The notes under the pieces were generated by a model, which saw only the letters and a program-made list of their open reading frames with translations, made no database searches and had not been told where the DNA came from. The position numbers were made by a program, and so were the translations under genes. DNA of 59,345 nucleotides, the filler included, from Chloroflexota bacterium (lineage in GTDB: Bacteria; Chloroflexota; Chloroflexia; QHBQ01), in assembly GCA_043754535.1 (NCBI GenBank). It is 5 parts of 5 records of this genome, joined end to end, with 100 filler letters (N's around TTAATTAATTAA, not from the genome) between each part and the next. Parts side by side here need not be neighbours in the genome. Positions count along the whole stretch, not along the records: positions 14,154 to 45,653 come from JAYUUN010000088.1; positions 45,754 to 55,942 come from JAYUUN010000089.1; 3 more parts are not named here. One strand, given 5' to 3'. This document shows, piece after piece, positions 38,697-46,915 of the stretch (position 1 is its first letter; every line of letters begins with the position of its first letter).

Positions 38697-39845
38697 ATGC
38701 AGAAAGGCTTTATCATTGGTGAGGTGCGTGGGGTAAAGATTACCGCTGACGTTAGCTGGTTCGTCTTCCTGCTGCTCTCCCTCTACTTCCTGGCCGCTGT
38801 CCTTTTTCCCAGCCTCAGCGTGGCGCGGGAGTGGGGAGGTGGCTTGCAGTTCGCAGCCGCCCTGGTGGTCACCCTCCTGTTCTTCCTCTCGGTTCTGGCC
38901 CACGAACTAGGCCACGCCCTGGTCATTCGGGCAGCAGGGCTGCCTGTGCGTGGCATCATGCTCTACTCCTTCGGCGGCGCAACCCTCACCGACGCAGAGC
39001 CTAAGCACCCAGGCGAGGAGTTCCGCATTGCAGCGGTCGGCCCCCTGGTCAGTCTACTGCTCTCCGCCCTTTTCTTCGGGGCAGCCCTGCTGCTAGGCCT
39101 CGATCACACTGACCCCGCCCCTGTCTGCGCCTGGTTGCTAGCCATCCTCAACTTCTCGATGGGCGCGTTCAACCTCCTGCCTGGCGCACCCCTGGACGGT
39201 GGCAAGGTGCTGCACGCTGCCGCCTGGCAACTGACGGGCAACCCTGCCCGCGCCGACCGCATCGCAGCGCAAGGTGGGCAGGCACTTGGCCTGCTCGTAA
39301 TCGCCCTCGGCATAGCAATGCTGGTACTCACTGGCGACTTCTTCATCGGCCTGTTTACTATCTACATCGGCTGGTCAATGAGCCGCCAATCGTGGCGCGC
39401 CTACCGCGAGGCAGTCAGCCGCCGCCTGCTGCACAGCACCGCCGCCGCCGACGCGATGATGCCCGCCGCCCAGCAGATACCGCCCAACCATACCCTGACC
39501 GAAGCTCTTGATCAGTTCGTCGTCGGTCGCCTCAGCGTCGAGTCGCAGGTGCCATTGCCAGTAGGTGAAGGCGGCAATCCAGTGGGCCTAATCGCCCCCG
39601 CCGCGATGAGCAAGCTGCCCGCCGAGGAGCGTAGCCACAAGACGGTGCGCGAACTGATGGAGCCGATTGGTAGGCTGGTTAGTGTACCACCCGACCTCAA
39701 GCTGTTCGAAGTGCTGCTGCGGATGGAGGCAGCCAGTGCCAGCCATGCCGTTGTAACCAACGATGGGCTTAACCTCGGCCTGATCAGCCGCGAAAGCATC
39801 GCCTACTACCTGGTCGGCATGATCCGCTCACCCAGTGCAAAGTAG
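38697..39845 (+). CDS. Site-2 (M50) intramembrane metalloprotease with CBS pair
   Basis: HELGH, FGG, I.A.GP.VS, FNLLPGAPLDGG; C-terminal CBS-like repeats. Confidence 0.92.
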   Translation: MQKGFIIGEVRGVKITADVSWFVFLLLSLYFLAAVLFPSLSVAREWGGGLQFAAALVVTLLFFLSVLAHELGHALVIRAAGLPVRGIMLYSFGGATLTDAEPKHPGEEFRIAAVGPLVSLLLSALFFGAALLLGLDHTDPAPVCAWLLAILNFSMGAFNLLPGAPLDGGKVLHAAAWQLTGNPARADRIAAQGGQALGLLVIALGIAMLVLTGDFFIGLFTIYIGWSMSRQSWRAYREAVSRRLLHSTAAADAMMPAAQQIPPNHTLTEALDQFVVGRLSVESQVPLPVGEGGNPVGLIAPAAMSKLPAEERSHKTVRELMEPIGRLVSVPPDLKLFEVLLRMEAASASHAVVTNDGLNLGLISRESIAYYLVGMIRSPSAK

Positions 39846-39899
39846 GCCGCCCCGCTCCCTGACTTGCATCACTACTGACCAAATAGAAGATAAAGGTGG

Positions 39900-41306
39900 A
39901 TGATAATGGCTGATTTGGCCCCCCGTGTGGAACTAACCCTCGATAATCTCTCCTACGGCGGCGATGCTGTGGGGCGCACCGAGGGCAAGGTGGTGTTCGC
40001 TGCCTACGGCCTGCCCGGTGAGCGAGTGCGCGTGTCGCTCAGTGAACAGAAGAAGAACTTCGCCCGTGGTGCCGTCTCCGAGGTGCTGGGCGAACCGTCA
40101 CCAGAGCGGGTACAGCCCCGCTGCGAGTACTTCGGCAAATGCGGCGGCTGCCAGTGGCAACACATGGGCTACGACTACCAGCTAGCCAGCAAGAGCAAGC
40201 TGCTAGCCGAGCAGCTACGCCGCGTCGCTGGTCTGGAGATGCAGCCCGAAGCCCCAATTGCTGCCCCCGACCCCTGGGCCTATCGCAACCTCGCCCGCTT
40301 CCAGGTCAGCTACCCAGAGATTGGCTCTGGCGAAGTCGGCTACTACCGCCGTGAGAGCCACAGCATCGTCGCCATCGAACGCTGCTACATCGTCCATCCA
40401 CGCATCGTCAGCATGATCGAGTTGATTGACCGCTTCGTGCGGGTGATGCCGCATGGTGCCTTGAGCGCAATTACCGTGCGGGTTAGCTTCGCCGACGAGA
40501 GTAGCTATTTGCTGCTACACCAGGGAACAACCACGGTCAACATGGGCGATGTGCGGCGGATGCTGACCGAGTGGGTCAAGCGCGAGCAAGTGGCCGAACG
40601 TTATGGCCTGCGCGGTATCGCCACCCTGCCACCCGCCGCCCGCCAGCGTGGACGCGACAGCCAGCCGCAGCCAGGCGACATCGGCGGTGAAGGGGGAGAG
40701 GTGGCTGAGGTCTCTGCCTACGTCCTCTGGGGCAAGGGCGATTTCAGTGAGCAGGTGGCCGGTCGCACCTTCCAGCTTGCGCCTGCCGGTTTCTTCCAGG
40801 TGAGCAGCCAGGCGGCAGGCGAACTGGTTCGCACCGTCAATGCGTTGGTCGGCAAGGTAGATACCGTGCTAGACCTCTACAGCGGGGTGGGGCTGTTCGG
40901 CCTGTCGCTGCTTGCTGAGAAGCAAGTGCGCAGGGCGGTGGGCATCGAGTTGCAGACCGAGGCGGTCAAGGCGGCGCGGGAGAACGCCGACGCGCTGAAG
41001 GTTGGCAGCCAGGCGGTATTCCAAATCGGCAGAGTGGAGGACGTGCTGCCCGACTTGCTGGCCGACGGCTTGCAGGCCGAAGCGATCATTGTTGACCCTC
41101 CCCGCAGCGGCCTTGCACCCACTGCCCTCCAGGCTTTGGCCGAGGTGCCTGCCGAGCGGTTGGTCTACGTCTCCTGCGACCCCAGCACTCTCGCCCGCGA
41201 CGTAGCGGCCCTCGCGCCACTCTACCGCCTGCGAAGCACCCGCGTGGTTGATCTGTTCCCCCAAACCTACCACATCGAGAGCGTCAGCCTCTTGGAACGC
41301 ATCTAA
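39900..41306 (+). CDS. rlmD: 23S rRNA m5U methyltransferase (RlmD/TrmA family)
   Basis: TRAM domain, C.YFGKCGGCQWQH Fe-S motif, FFQV, DLYSGVG, VDPPRSG, YVSCDP.TLARD, DLFPQT.HIE. Confidence 0.92.
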   Translation: MIMADLAPRVELTLDNLSYGGDAVGRTEGKVVFAAYGLPGERVRVSLSEQKKNFARGAVSEVLGEPSPERVQPRCEYFGKCGGCQWQHMGYDYQLASKSKLLAEQLRRVAGLEMQPEAPIAAPDPWAYRNLARFQVSYPEIGSGEVGYYRRESHSIVAIERCYIVHPRIVSMIELIDRFVRVMPHGALSAITVRVSFADESSYLLLHQGTTTVNMGDVRRMLTEWVKREQVAERYGLRGIATLPPAARQRGRDSQPQPGDIGGEGGEVAEVSAYVLWGKGDFSEQVAGRTFQLAPAGFFQVSSQAAGELVRTVNALVGKVDTVLDLYSGVGLFGLSLLAEKQVRRAVGIELQTEAVKAARENADALKVGSQAVFQIGRVEDVLPDLLADGLQAEAIIVDPPRSGLAPTALQALAEVPAERLVYVSCDPSTLARDVAALAPLYRLRSTRVVDLFPQTYHIESVSLLERI

Positions 41307-41452
41307 GCGGCGGGTTGCTAATTCAGCGTCTAACCGCTTGCCCTATAGCCCTATCTTACGTATAATCAGTACAGTACCTCCAGGTGTGGTACTATCTCCA
41401 CCTGTAACGGCGGGTTACGGGGTGTTTTTCAGCTACAAGAGAGGGGTTTCCA

Positions 41453-41983
41453 ATGGACAAGATGCAGGAATTGGTTCAGGATTTGATGCACAAGGCCAAC
41501 CTTAACGAAGGTCAGGCGCAGAGCGTAGTTAGCACCGTGATGGGCTTCCTTAGCAAGAATGTGCCACAACTGAGCGGCATCCTCTCGATGGCTGGGCTGG
41601 GTGGCGCGGCGGCGACCGCAGGCAGCATGGCTGCTGCTGGGGAGCATGAGGAGAAGAAAGGCTTCTTCGGCGGTATCATGGACAAGATTGGCGATGTCTT
41701 TGATGGCGACGACGACAAGAAGGATGCAGCGGCCAGCACAGTAGCGGCTACCACCCACAACGCAAGCAACAGTGCAGCCGATGCTGGCGCAGCAGTCGCA
41801 GGGGCAGCCCACGCTGCTGGCGGCTTCGACATGGGCAGCCTCGTCAGCATGGTTTCGCAGCACGCCAACCTCGACCAGATGAAGGCCCAGCTTGCCACCA
41901 GCACCCTGCTCGGCAGCCTCAAGGAGAAGGTACCCCAGGCTGCGGGCATCCTCGACATGATCGGCATCGGCGGCAACAAGTAA
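41453..41983 (+). CDS. Small hypothetical Ala/Gly-rich protein with internal repeat
   Basis: RBS; the N- and C-terminal halves repeat (ANL...QA..V...L...VPQ..GIL.M.G.GG); terminator follows. Confidence 0.75.
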   Translation: MDKMQELVQDLMHKANLNEGQAQSVVSTVMGFLSKNVPQLSGILSMAGLGGAAATAGSMAAAGEHEEKKGFFGGIMDKIGDVFDGDDDKKDAAASTVAATTHNASNSAADAGAAVAGAAHAAGGFDMGSLVSMVSQHANLDQMKAQLATSTLLGSLKEKVPQAAGILDMIGIGGNK

Positions 41984-42005
41984 GCAGTAACCATAGCAGC
42001 AGGCC

Positions 42006-42032
42006 GGGACACAGCAAACCTGTGTCCCTTTT
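42006..42032 (+). terminator. Intrinsic terminator
   Basis: GGGACACAG-caaac-CTGTGTCCC-TTTT. Confidence 0.8.
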
Positions 42033-42150
42033 CGTTTGTAGTACTGGGTGGGATGTTGACTTACCCGTGGAACAAAGCCATACCCATGATCGTCAACTAT
42101 GTGTGTCAAGAGAAATCAGCGAAAGGGGAAAGTTATGTTCACACTATCAG

Positions 42151-44400
42151 ATGAGGGGTGGCAGGTGGCGCAACCGTCGCGCGCAGCCTCCTCGGCTTAG
42201 GAAGTGGCGGCAAGCAATGGCTGCCACTATGGTATTTGCCGCCGCAGCGTTGGCGATTAGCGGCTTGCTAGCCAGCCACGGCGTACCAGCAGCGAGCGCA
42301 GCCCAGCGTAGTAGCCAGCCCGCTACCACGCAGAACAACTACACCACCTTCATGCCCCTCGGTGGGCCAGTCGAATACCTCGGCTTCGGGCAGGGCCTAG
42401 TGCCGACAGGCATGGTGGCGCGGGGCGACCCAGAGCGCATTGAATACCCTAACACCAGCGTGCAGAACTACTGGCTAAGCATCCATTGGGCTGGCACCGA
42501 CAAGCAGCATGGCGACCCCTTCATGGTCAAGTACAACTGCGGCAATGGCGGCGGCCTCTGCAACGACCAGAGCAGCCAGTTCCAGGAGGACTACGACGGC
42601 AACCTGCCTGCTGAAGGCGGCTACAACTACGCAATCACCACTCCCCCTGGCAGGTATGCCCAACTGCGGGTGTTCGATGCCGCCTTCGCCGTCAACCCGA
42701 TCACCTACAACACCAGTGCTGTCATGGTGTATGACAACGGCGCGACCTGGTGCGCCAGCAACCAGTTCTTCACTGGCGACAACATAGCCGCTACTACCGG
42801 GTTGAACCAGATTCCTAGCCAGTCACTGACCACCGTGCCTGCCCCTACCAGCACCCCCGGCGGTTCCGATCCCACTCCCATCCCTGGCAGCACCATCTCA
42901 GCTTACGCCTGCCGCTCCCACCCTACCTTCATCAGCGGCGCGCAGCAGCTAACCACCACCTACAAGCTGTTCTCCCCTGACGCTACCCCCAACTACTATG
43001 GCGACGATACCCTGGTGGCTGGCTCAACCTGGAACGTAGGGCCGGTGCAGTACCGTAGCACTAGCACCAACACCAACTACCTCGACCCCGCCCGCATCTA
43101 CGAACCCAACGACAGCCTCTACCACCTCAAGTGGGTAAGTTACAATACCACTGGCACGCCCGCCAACCCCATCCACCCGGCTGGCATAGCTGGGGGCCAA
43201 CTGAGCAACAACGGCTACAGCCAGTGGCGGCTGAACGTCAACGTCAACCGCGACGCAGCCTACAGCAATGGTGGGCAGCAGGTAGACGTGCCTGGGCAGA
43301 ACAACTTCAGCCTGCTGGCCGCTGGCTCGAACACAGCAGGGGTAACCGTCAACGCCCTCGGCAGAATGGGGGCTTATGTCAATGTCCCCACTGGTATGAG
43401 CGACATACCCTTCGCTTACGTCGGTCCGGAGCAGGCAGGCGAACTGGCAGAGTTCTCGGTCTTCGACCCTGGTGACACCTCTAGGGGTAACACCGTCTTG
43501 CAACTTCTGCACCCACCCGATGCCAACCACCCCGACTACTACCCGCAGACCGCCCTGACTATTACCCAGGGGGTACAGAGCGACCGCAACCGGGCAGGTG
43601 AGCAACCTGTAGTTATCACCAACGCCAACCTTTATATGGCAAAGGTAGGCATTAGTCAGCACGGCCAGAACCGCTGGGTGACGTTCTCCTACCGTCTAGA
43701 GCCGGGTTATGCGGGGGGCTGGTGGCGGCTGCGCTACATAGTGGACACCCAGGCTACCGACCGCATTACCCTGATGGCGAAGGTGCTGGAGAACTGCGCG
43801 ACTGGCTTCGCGGACTTGCCACAGAGTGCCATCTTCTACGACGACATAGCTACCCTTTCCTGTCGGCAGGTGATCTCTGGCATCCCCGACCCAGCCCAAC
43901 CAGGGCAACTACTGTTCCAGCCGAACGCCACCACCAGTCGCGGCCAGTTTGCCAAGATCGTCAAGCGTGGCTTCGGCCTGCCCAGCTACACGCCCACTAG
44001 ACCCAGCTTCAGCGACGTAGCGGCGGGCAGCATCTTCTACGGCTTCATTGAGGCGGCAGCCCACGCGGGCGCAATCAACGGCCTCACCGCCAGCGATTGC
44101 CAGCAACTGGGGGTAGCAGCCCCCTGCTTCGGCCCCAACGTGGCAGTCAGTCGGGTGCAGGCGGCGGTGATAGTGCAGCGGGTTCGCCAATACCAGGCCG
44201 TAACCGTTACCACGCCCACCTTCAGCGATGTACCAGCGACGGCCTTCGGCTATACTGCGATCCAGCGGTTGAACGAGCGGGGCATCATTGGCGGTGCAAC
44301 TTGTGCTGGTGGCGGCGGCCTCTGCTTCCGGCCCAACGCGAACATGATGCGTGGCGAATTGGCGAAGGTCGTGCGGCGGGCGGCTGACACAACCCCCTAA
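42151..44400 (+). CDS. Secreted SLH-anchored surface protein
   Basis: Signal peptide, large beta-rich passenger, C-terminal Cys-containing triple SLH; the ORF-track start 42022 lies inside the terminator. Confidence 0.85.
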   Translation: MRGGRWRNRRAQPPRLRKWRQAMAATMVFAAAALAISGLLASHGVPAASAAQRSSQPATTQNNYTTFMPLGGPVEYLGFGQGLVPTGMVARGDPERIEYPNTSVQNYWLSIHWAGTDKQHGDPFMVKYNCGNGGGLCNDQSSQFQEDYDGNLPAEGGYNYAITTPPGRYAQLRVFDAAFAVNPITYNTSAVMVYDNGATWCASNQFFTGDNIAATTGLNQIPSQSLTTVPAPTSTPGGSDPTPIPGSTISAYACRSHPTFISGAQQLTTTYKLFSPDATPNYYGDDTLVAGSTWNVGPVQYRSTSTNTNYLDPARIYEPNDSLYHLKWVSYNTTGTPANPIHPAGIAGGQLSNNGYSQWRLNVNVNRDAAYSNGGQQVDVPGQNNFSLLAAGSNTAGVTVNALGRMGAYVNVPTGMSDIPFAYVGPEQAGELAEFSVFDPGDTSRGNTVLQLLHPPDANHPDYYPQTALTITQGVQSDRNRAGEQPVVITNANLYMAKVGISQHGQNRWVTFSYRLEPGYAGGWWRLRYIVDTQATDRITLMAKVLENCATGFADLPQSAIFYDDIATLSCRQVISGIPDPAQPGQLLFQPNATTSRGQFAKIVKRGFGLPSYTPTRPSFSDVAAGSIFYGFIEAAAHAGAINGLTASDCQQLGVAAPCFGPNVAVSRVQAAVIVQRVRQYQAVTVTTPTFSDVPATAFGYTAIQRLNERGIIGGATCAGGGGLCFRPNANMMRGELAKVVRRAADTTP

Positions 44401-44522
44401 GTGGCGGGGCGCAAGCTGTCCTACTAGCTAGCGTATCACCTTGGCTGGGCTGTCGTTGTAGAGAGCGGTTCGGAGATTTGCACCGCGCCACAACACAGCC
44501 CACAAGCAAAGGAGCTTAGACT

Positions 44523-45122
44523 ATGGACCTTCGCAGCGAATTGGTCAACCACCTCACCTCACAGGCTGACATTAGCAGCCACGAGGCAACCAGTAGCATC
44601 GACACCGTTCTTGGTAGCCTGCGCCAGCACTCACCAGAGGCGGCCTCCTTGCTCGCTCAGGTTGGCGGCCACAACGCGCCCGCTAGCAGCCTCAACTTCA
44701 CACCCAGCCAGCCAGAGCAGAATATGGGTCTGCTCAGCGGTCTGCTCGGTCAGCAATCCAACCTCGGCAGCCAGAAGTCGGGCCTGGTCACCAGCCTGAT
44801 CCTTAGCTTCTTGATGAGCCGCCTGCCACAACTGGGTGGGATGCTCGGTGGCTTCCTCGGCGGTCAGCCACAGCAGCCGCAGATGCAGCAGCCACAGGGG
44901 CGCAGCAACAACCCACTTGACCGTAACCATGATGGTAGCGTGGGTCTGGACGATCTGTTCGCCAGTGGCAGCCAACCACAGCCGCCGCAGTACCAGCAAC
45001 CGCAGCACCAGCAGCCACAGGCGCGTAGCAACAATCCACTTGACCGTAACCAGGACGGCAAGGTTGACCTGGGCGACTTGTTCGGCGGTGGCAACCAAGA
45101 GCATGACAACGCCAACCGCTAG
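44523..45122 (+). CDS. Gln/Gly-rich protein with two EF-hand-like DxNxDG loops
   Basis: AAAGGAG RBS; 123-nt-spaced repeat encoding NNPLDRNHDGSVGLDDLF / NNPLDRNQDGKVDLGDLF. Confidence 0.75.
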   Translation: MDLRSELVNHLTSQADISSHEATSSIDTVLGSLRQHSPEAASLLAQVGGHNAPASSLNFTPSQPEQNMGLLSGLLGQQSNLGSQKSGLVTSLILSFLMSRLPQLGGMLGGFLGGQPQQPQMQQPQGRSNNPLDRNHDGSVGLDDLFASGSQPQPPQYQQPQHQQPQARSNNPLDRNQDGKVDLGDLFGGGNQEHDNANR

Positions 45123-45139
45123 TTCTTCTCACCGTGAAT

Positions 45140-45167
45140 GGGGGTGCAACTTGCACCCCCTTTCTTT
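45140..45167 (+). terminator. Intrinsic terminator
   Basis: GGGGGTGCA-act-TGCACCCCC-TTTCTTT. Confidence 0.8.
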
Positions 45168-45218
45168 CTGGCCTAAATCGTGCTAGCAGAGAGTCATCCT
45201 TATAAATGGAGTAGGCAG

Positions 45219-45533
45219 ATGAGCGACAAGGAACAGCACAACGACGAGCTAGTAGGTGGCAGCAGCTTCCGTCCTCCCAGCAACCTTGGTGACGGCATCC
45301 AGGGCATAGCACAGGAGGCTAACCAGCTACACCGCCACAACCATAACGCGGATGAGGCTGCCCAGGTCAGCCAGGACTTCAACGAGACGGCTCAGGCTTT
45401 TGACCTCAACCACGACGGCAAGGTAGACTTCAGCGACTTTATTGGCGGGGCAGGCACGAACCAGCCAACTAACCAGCCAGAAGACAACCCGCTCGGCACC
45501 ATCGGCGATGCACTCCGCCGTCACCAGCAGTAA
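45219..45533 (+). CDS. Small acidic protein with one EF-hand-like loop
   Basis: GGAG RBS; AFDLNHDGKVDFSDF. Confidence 0.7.
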   Translation: MSDKEQHNDELVGGSSFRPPSNLGDGIQGIAQEANQLHRHNHNADEAAQVSQDFNETAQAFDLNHDGKVDFSDFIGGAGTNQPTNQPEDNPLGTIGDALRRHQQ

Positions 45534-45553
45534 GCTGACAGGGGGCCAGGTCA

Positions 45554-45653
45554 ATGCAGATCGCCATCCATTGGCTGCGCCGCGACATTCGGCTAGCCGA
45601 CAATGCCGCCCTCGCTTATGCGGCAGAAGGCAGGCGGTTGGTCATCCCCGTGT
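45554..45653 (+). CDS. Photolyase/cryptochrome family protein, N-terminal fragment cut by contig end
   Basis: Manual translation MQIAIHWLRRDIRLADNAALAYAAEGRRLVIPV matches W.RRDLRL.DN.AL...V.PV; not in ORF track. Confidence 0.85.
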
Positions 45654-45753
45654 NNNNNNNNNNNNNNNNNNNNNNNNNNNNNNNNNNNNNNNNNNNNTTA
45701 ATTAATTAANNNNNNNNNNNNNNNNNNNNNNNNNNNNNNNNNNNNNNNNNNNN
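45654..45753. other. Artificial contig linker
   Basis: N-run + TTAATTAATTAA + N-run. Confidence 0.98.
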
Positions 45754-46913
45754 TAGAGGCTGAGGGTGATCTGCCCCCCCTCTGGCGTGTACTTGACTGC
45801 GTTGCTGACCAGATTGAGCAGCAGTTGACGTAGTTGGTCAGCGTCGCCAATCACGCTGGCGGTGTCCTCATGGCCGAGGGTGACGCGCAGATCGTTGCCT
45901 GCCATTACCTTCGCCTGCTTGTAAGCATCTAGCAGCAACGTGTCCAATTCTACCACACGGCGCAAGCGGTCGGTATCCTGTCGCTGGCGAGGGGTAGGCG
46001 CGTCCAGTTGGGCTAGTAGCAAGAGATCATCTACGATGCGGCTCATGCGGATCGCCTCGCTCTCGATAGAGCGCAGCGCGTCCTCCCGCTCTGGGCCGTT
46101 GGGCAGGCGGTGTAGCAGGGCGGCATTGCCCCGGATCACGGTCAGGGGGGTACGCAACTCGTGCGAGGAGTCGGCCACGAAGCGTTGTTGGAAGGTGAAG
46201 GCGAGTTGTAGACGATCCAGCATTCGGTTGAAGGTGTCGGCTAGCTGGCCCACCTCGTCTTGGGTGCGCTGGCCCGGCACGCGTTGGCTGAGGTCTTGCG
46301 AAACCTCAATCTTCTGGATTGTAGTGGTTACTCTAGCAATAGGGGCGAGGACGCGGCGGGTGAGCAGAAAGAGGATGGCTAGCGAAGTAACCAGGCTGCC
46401 GAAGCCGACCAGCACCATGATCAGGGCCAACTGCGTCTCTCCATTCTGCACCTCGGCCAGCGACTGCGCGACAACGGTTACACCAACGATGCGCCCCTCG
46501 TAGTGGAAGGGAGTTGCCAGCACCCGCACTGGCGCGCCGCTCTTTGGCACGTCGTAGAGGTTGGGGCTGCCGCTGAGAGCCTGGTTGACTACCGTCTCGT
46601 TGACCAGTTGCTTACGCATCGTTTGGTTTTCGAGGTCGATGAAGGATTGCCCCTGCTTGTCTAGTACATCAATGAAGATAGAGGGGGCTGCAAAGGTGTC
46701 GAGCAGTGGTATCTTGATCGTCCGCTCGCCAGTAAATTGGTTGATGACGGTCACGGCACTGGCTTCCAGCGAACGGGCGGTGTTCTGCAAGCTGGTGTCG
46801 AGGCTGTCGTGTAGGTTGCGGCTAAAGATGCCGTAGACGATCAAGCCAAAGAGGATGATGGTGACGGCGAAGAAACTGCCGTAGAAGGTGATCAAGCGAG
46901 TGCGGATAGACAT
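45754..46913 (-). CDS. Membrane sensor histidine kinase (HAMP-HisKA-HATPase), 3' truncated
   Basis: 2 TM, DEVGQLA.TFN.ML.RL, SHELRTPLT, QLLLNL.SNAVKYT. Confidence 0.95.
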
Positions 46914-46915
46914 GG

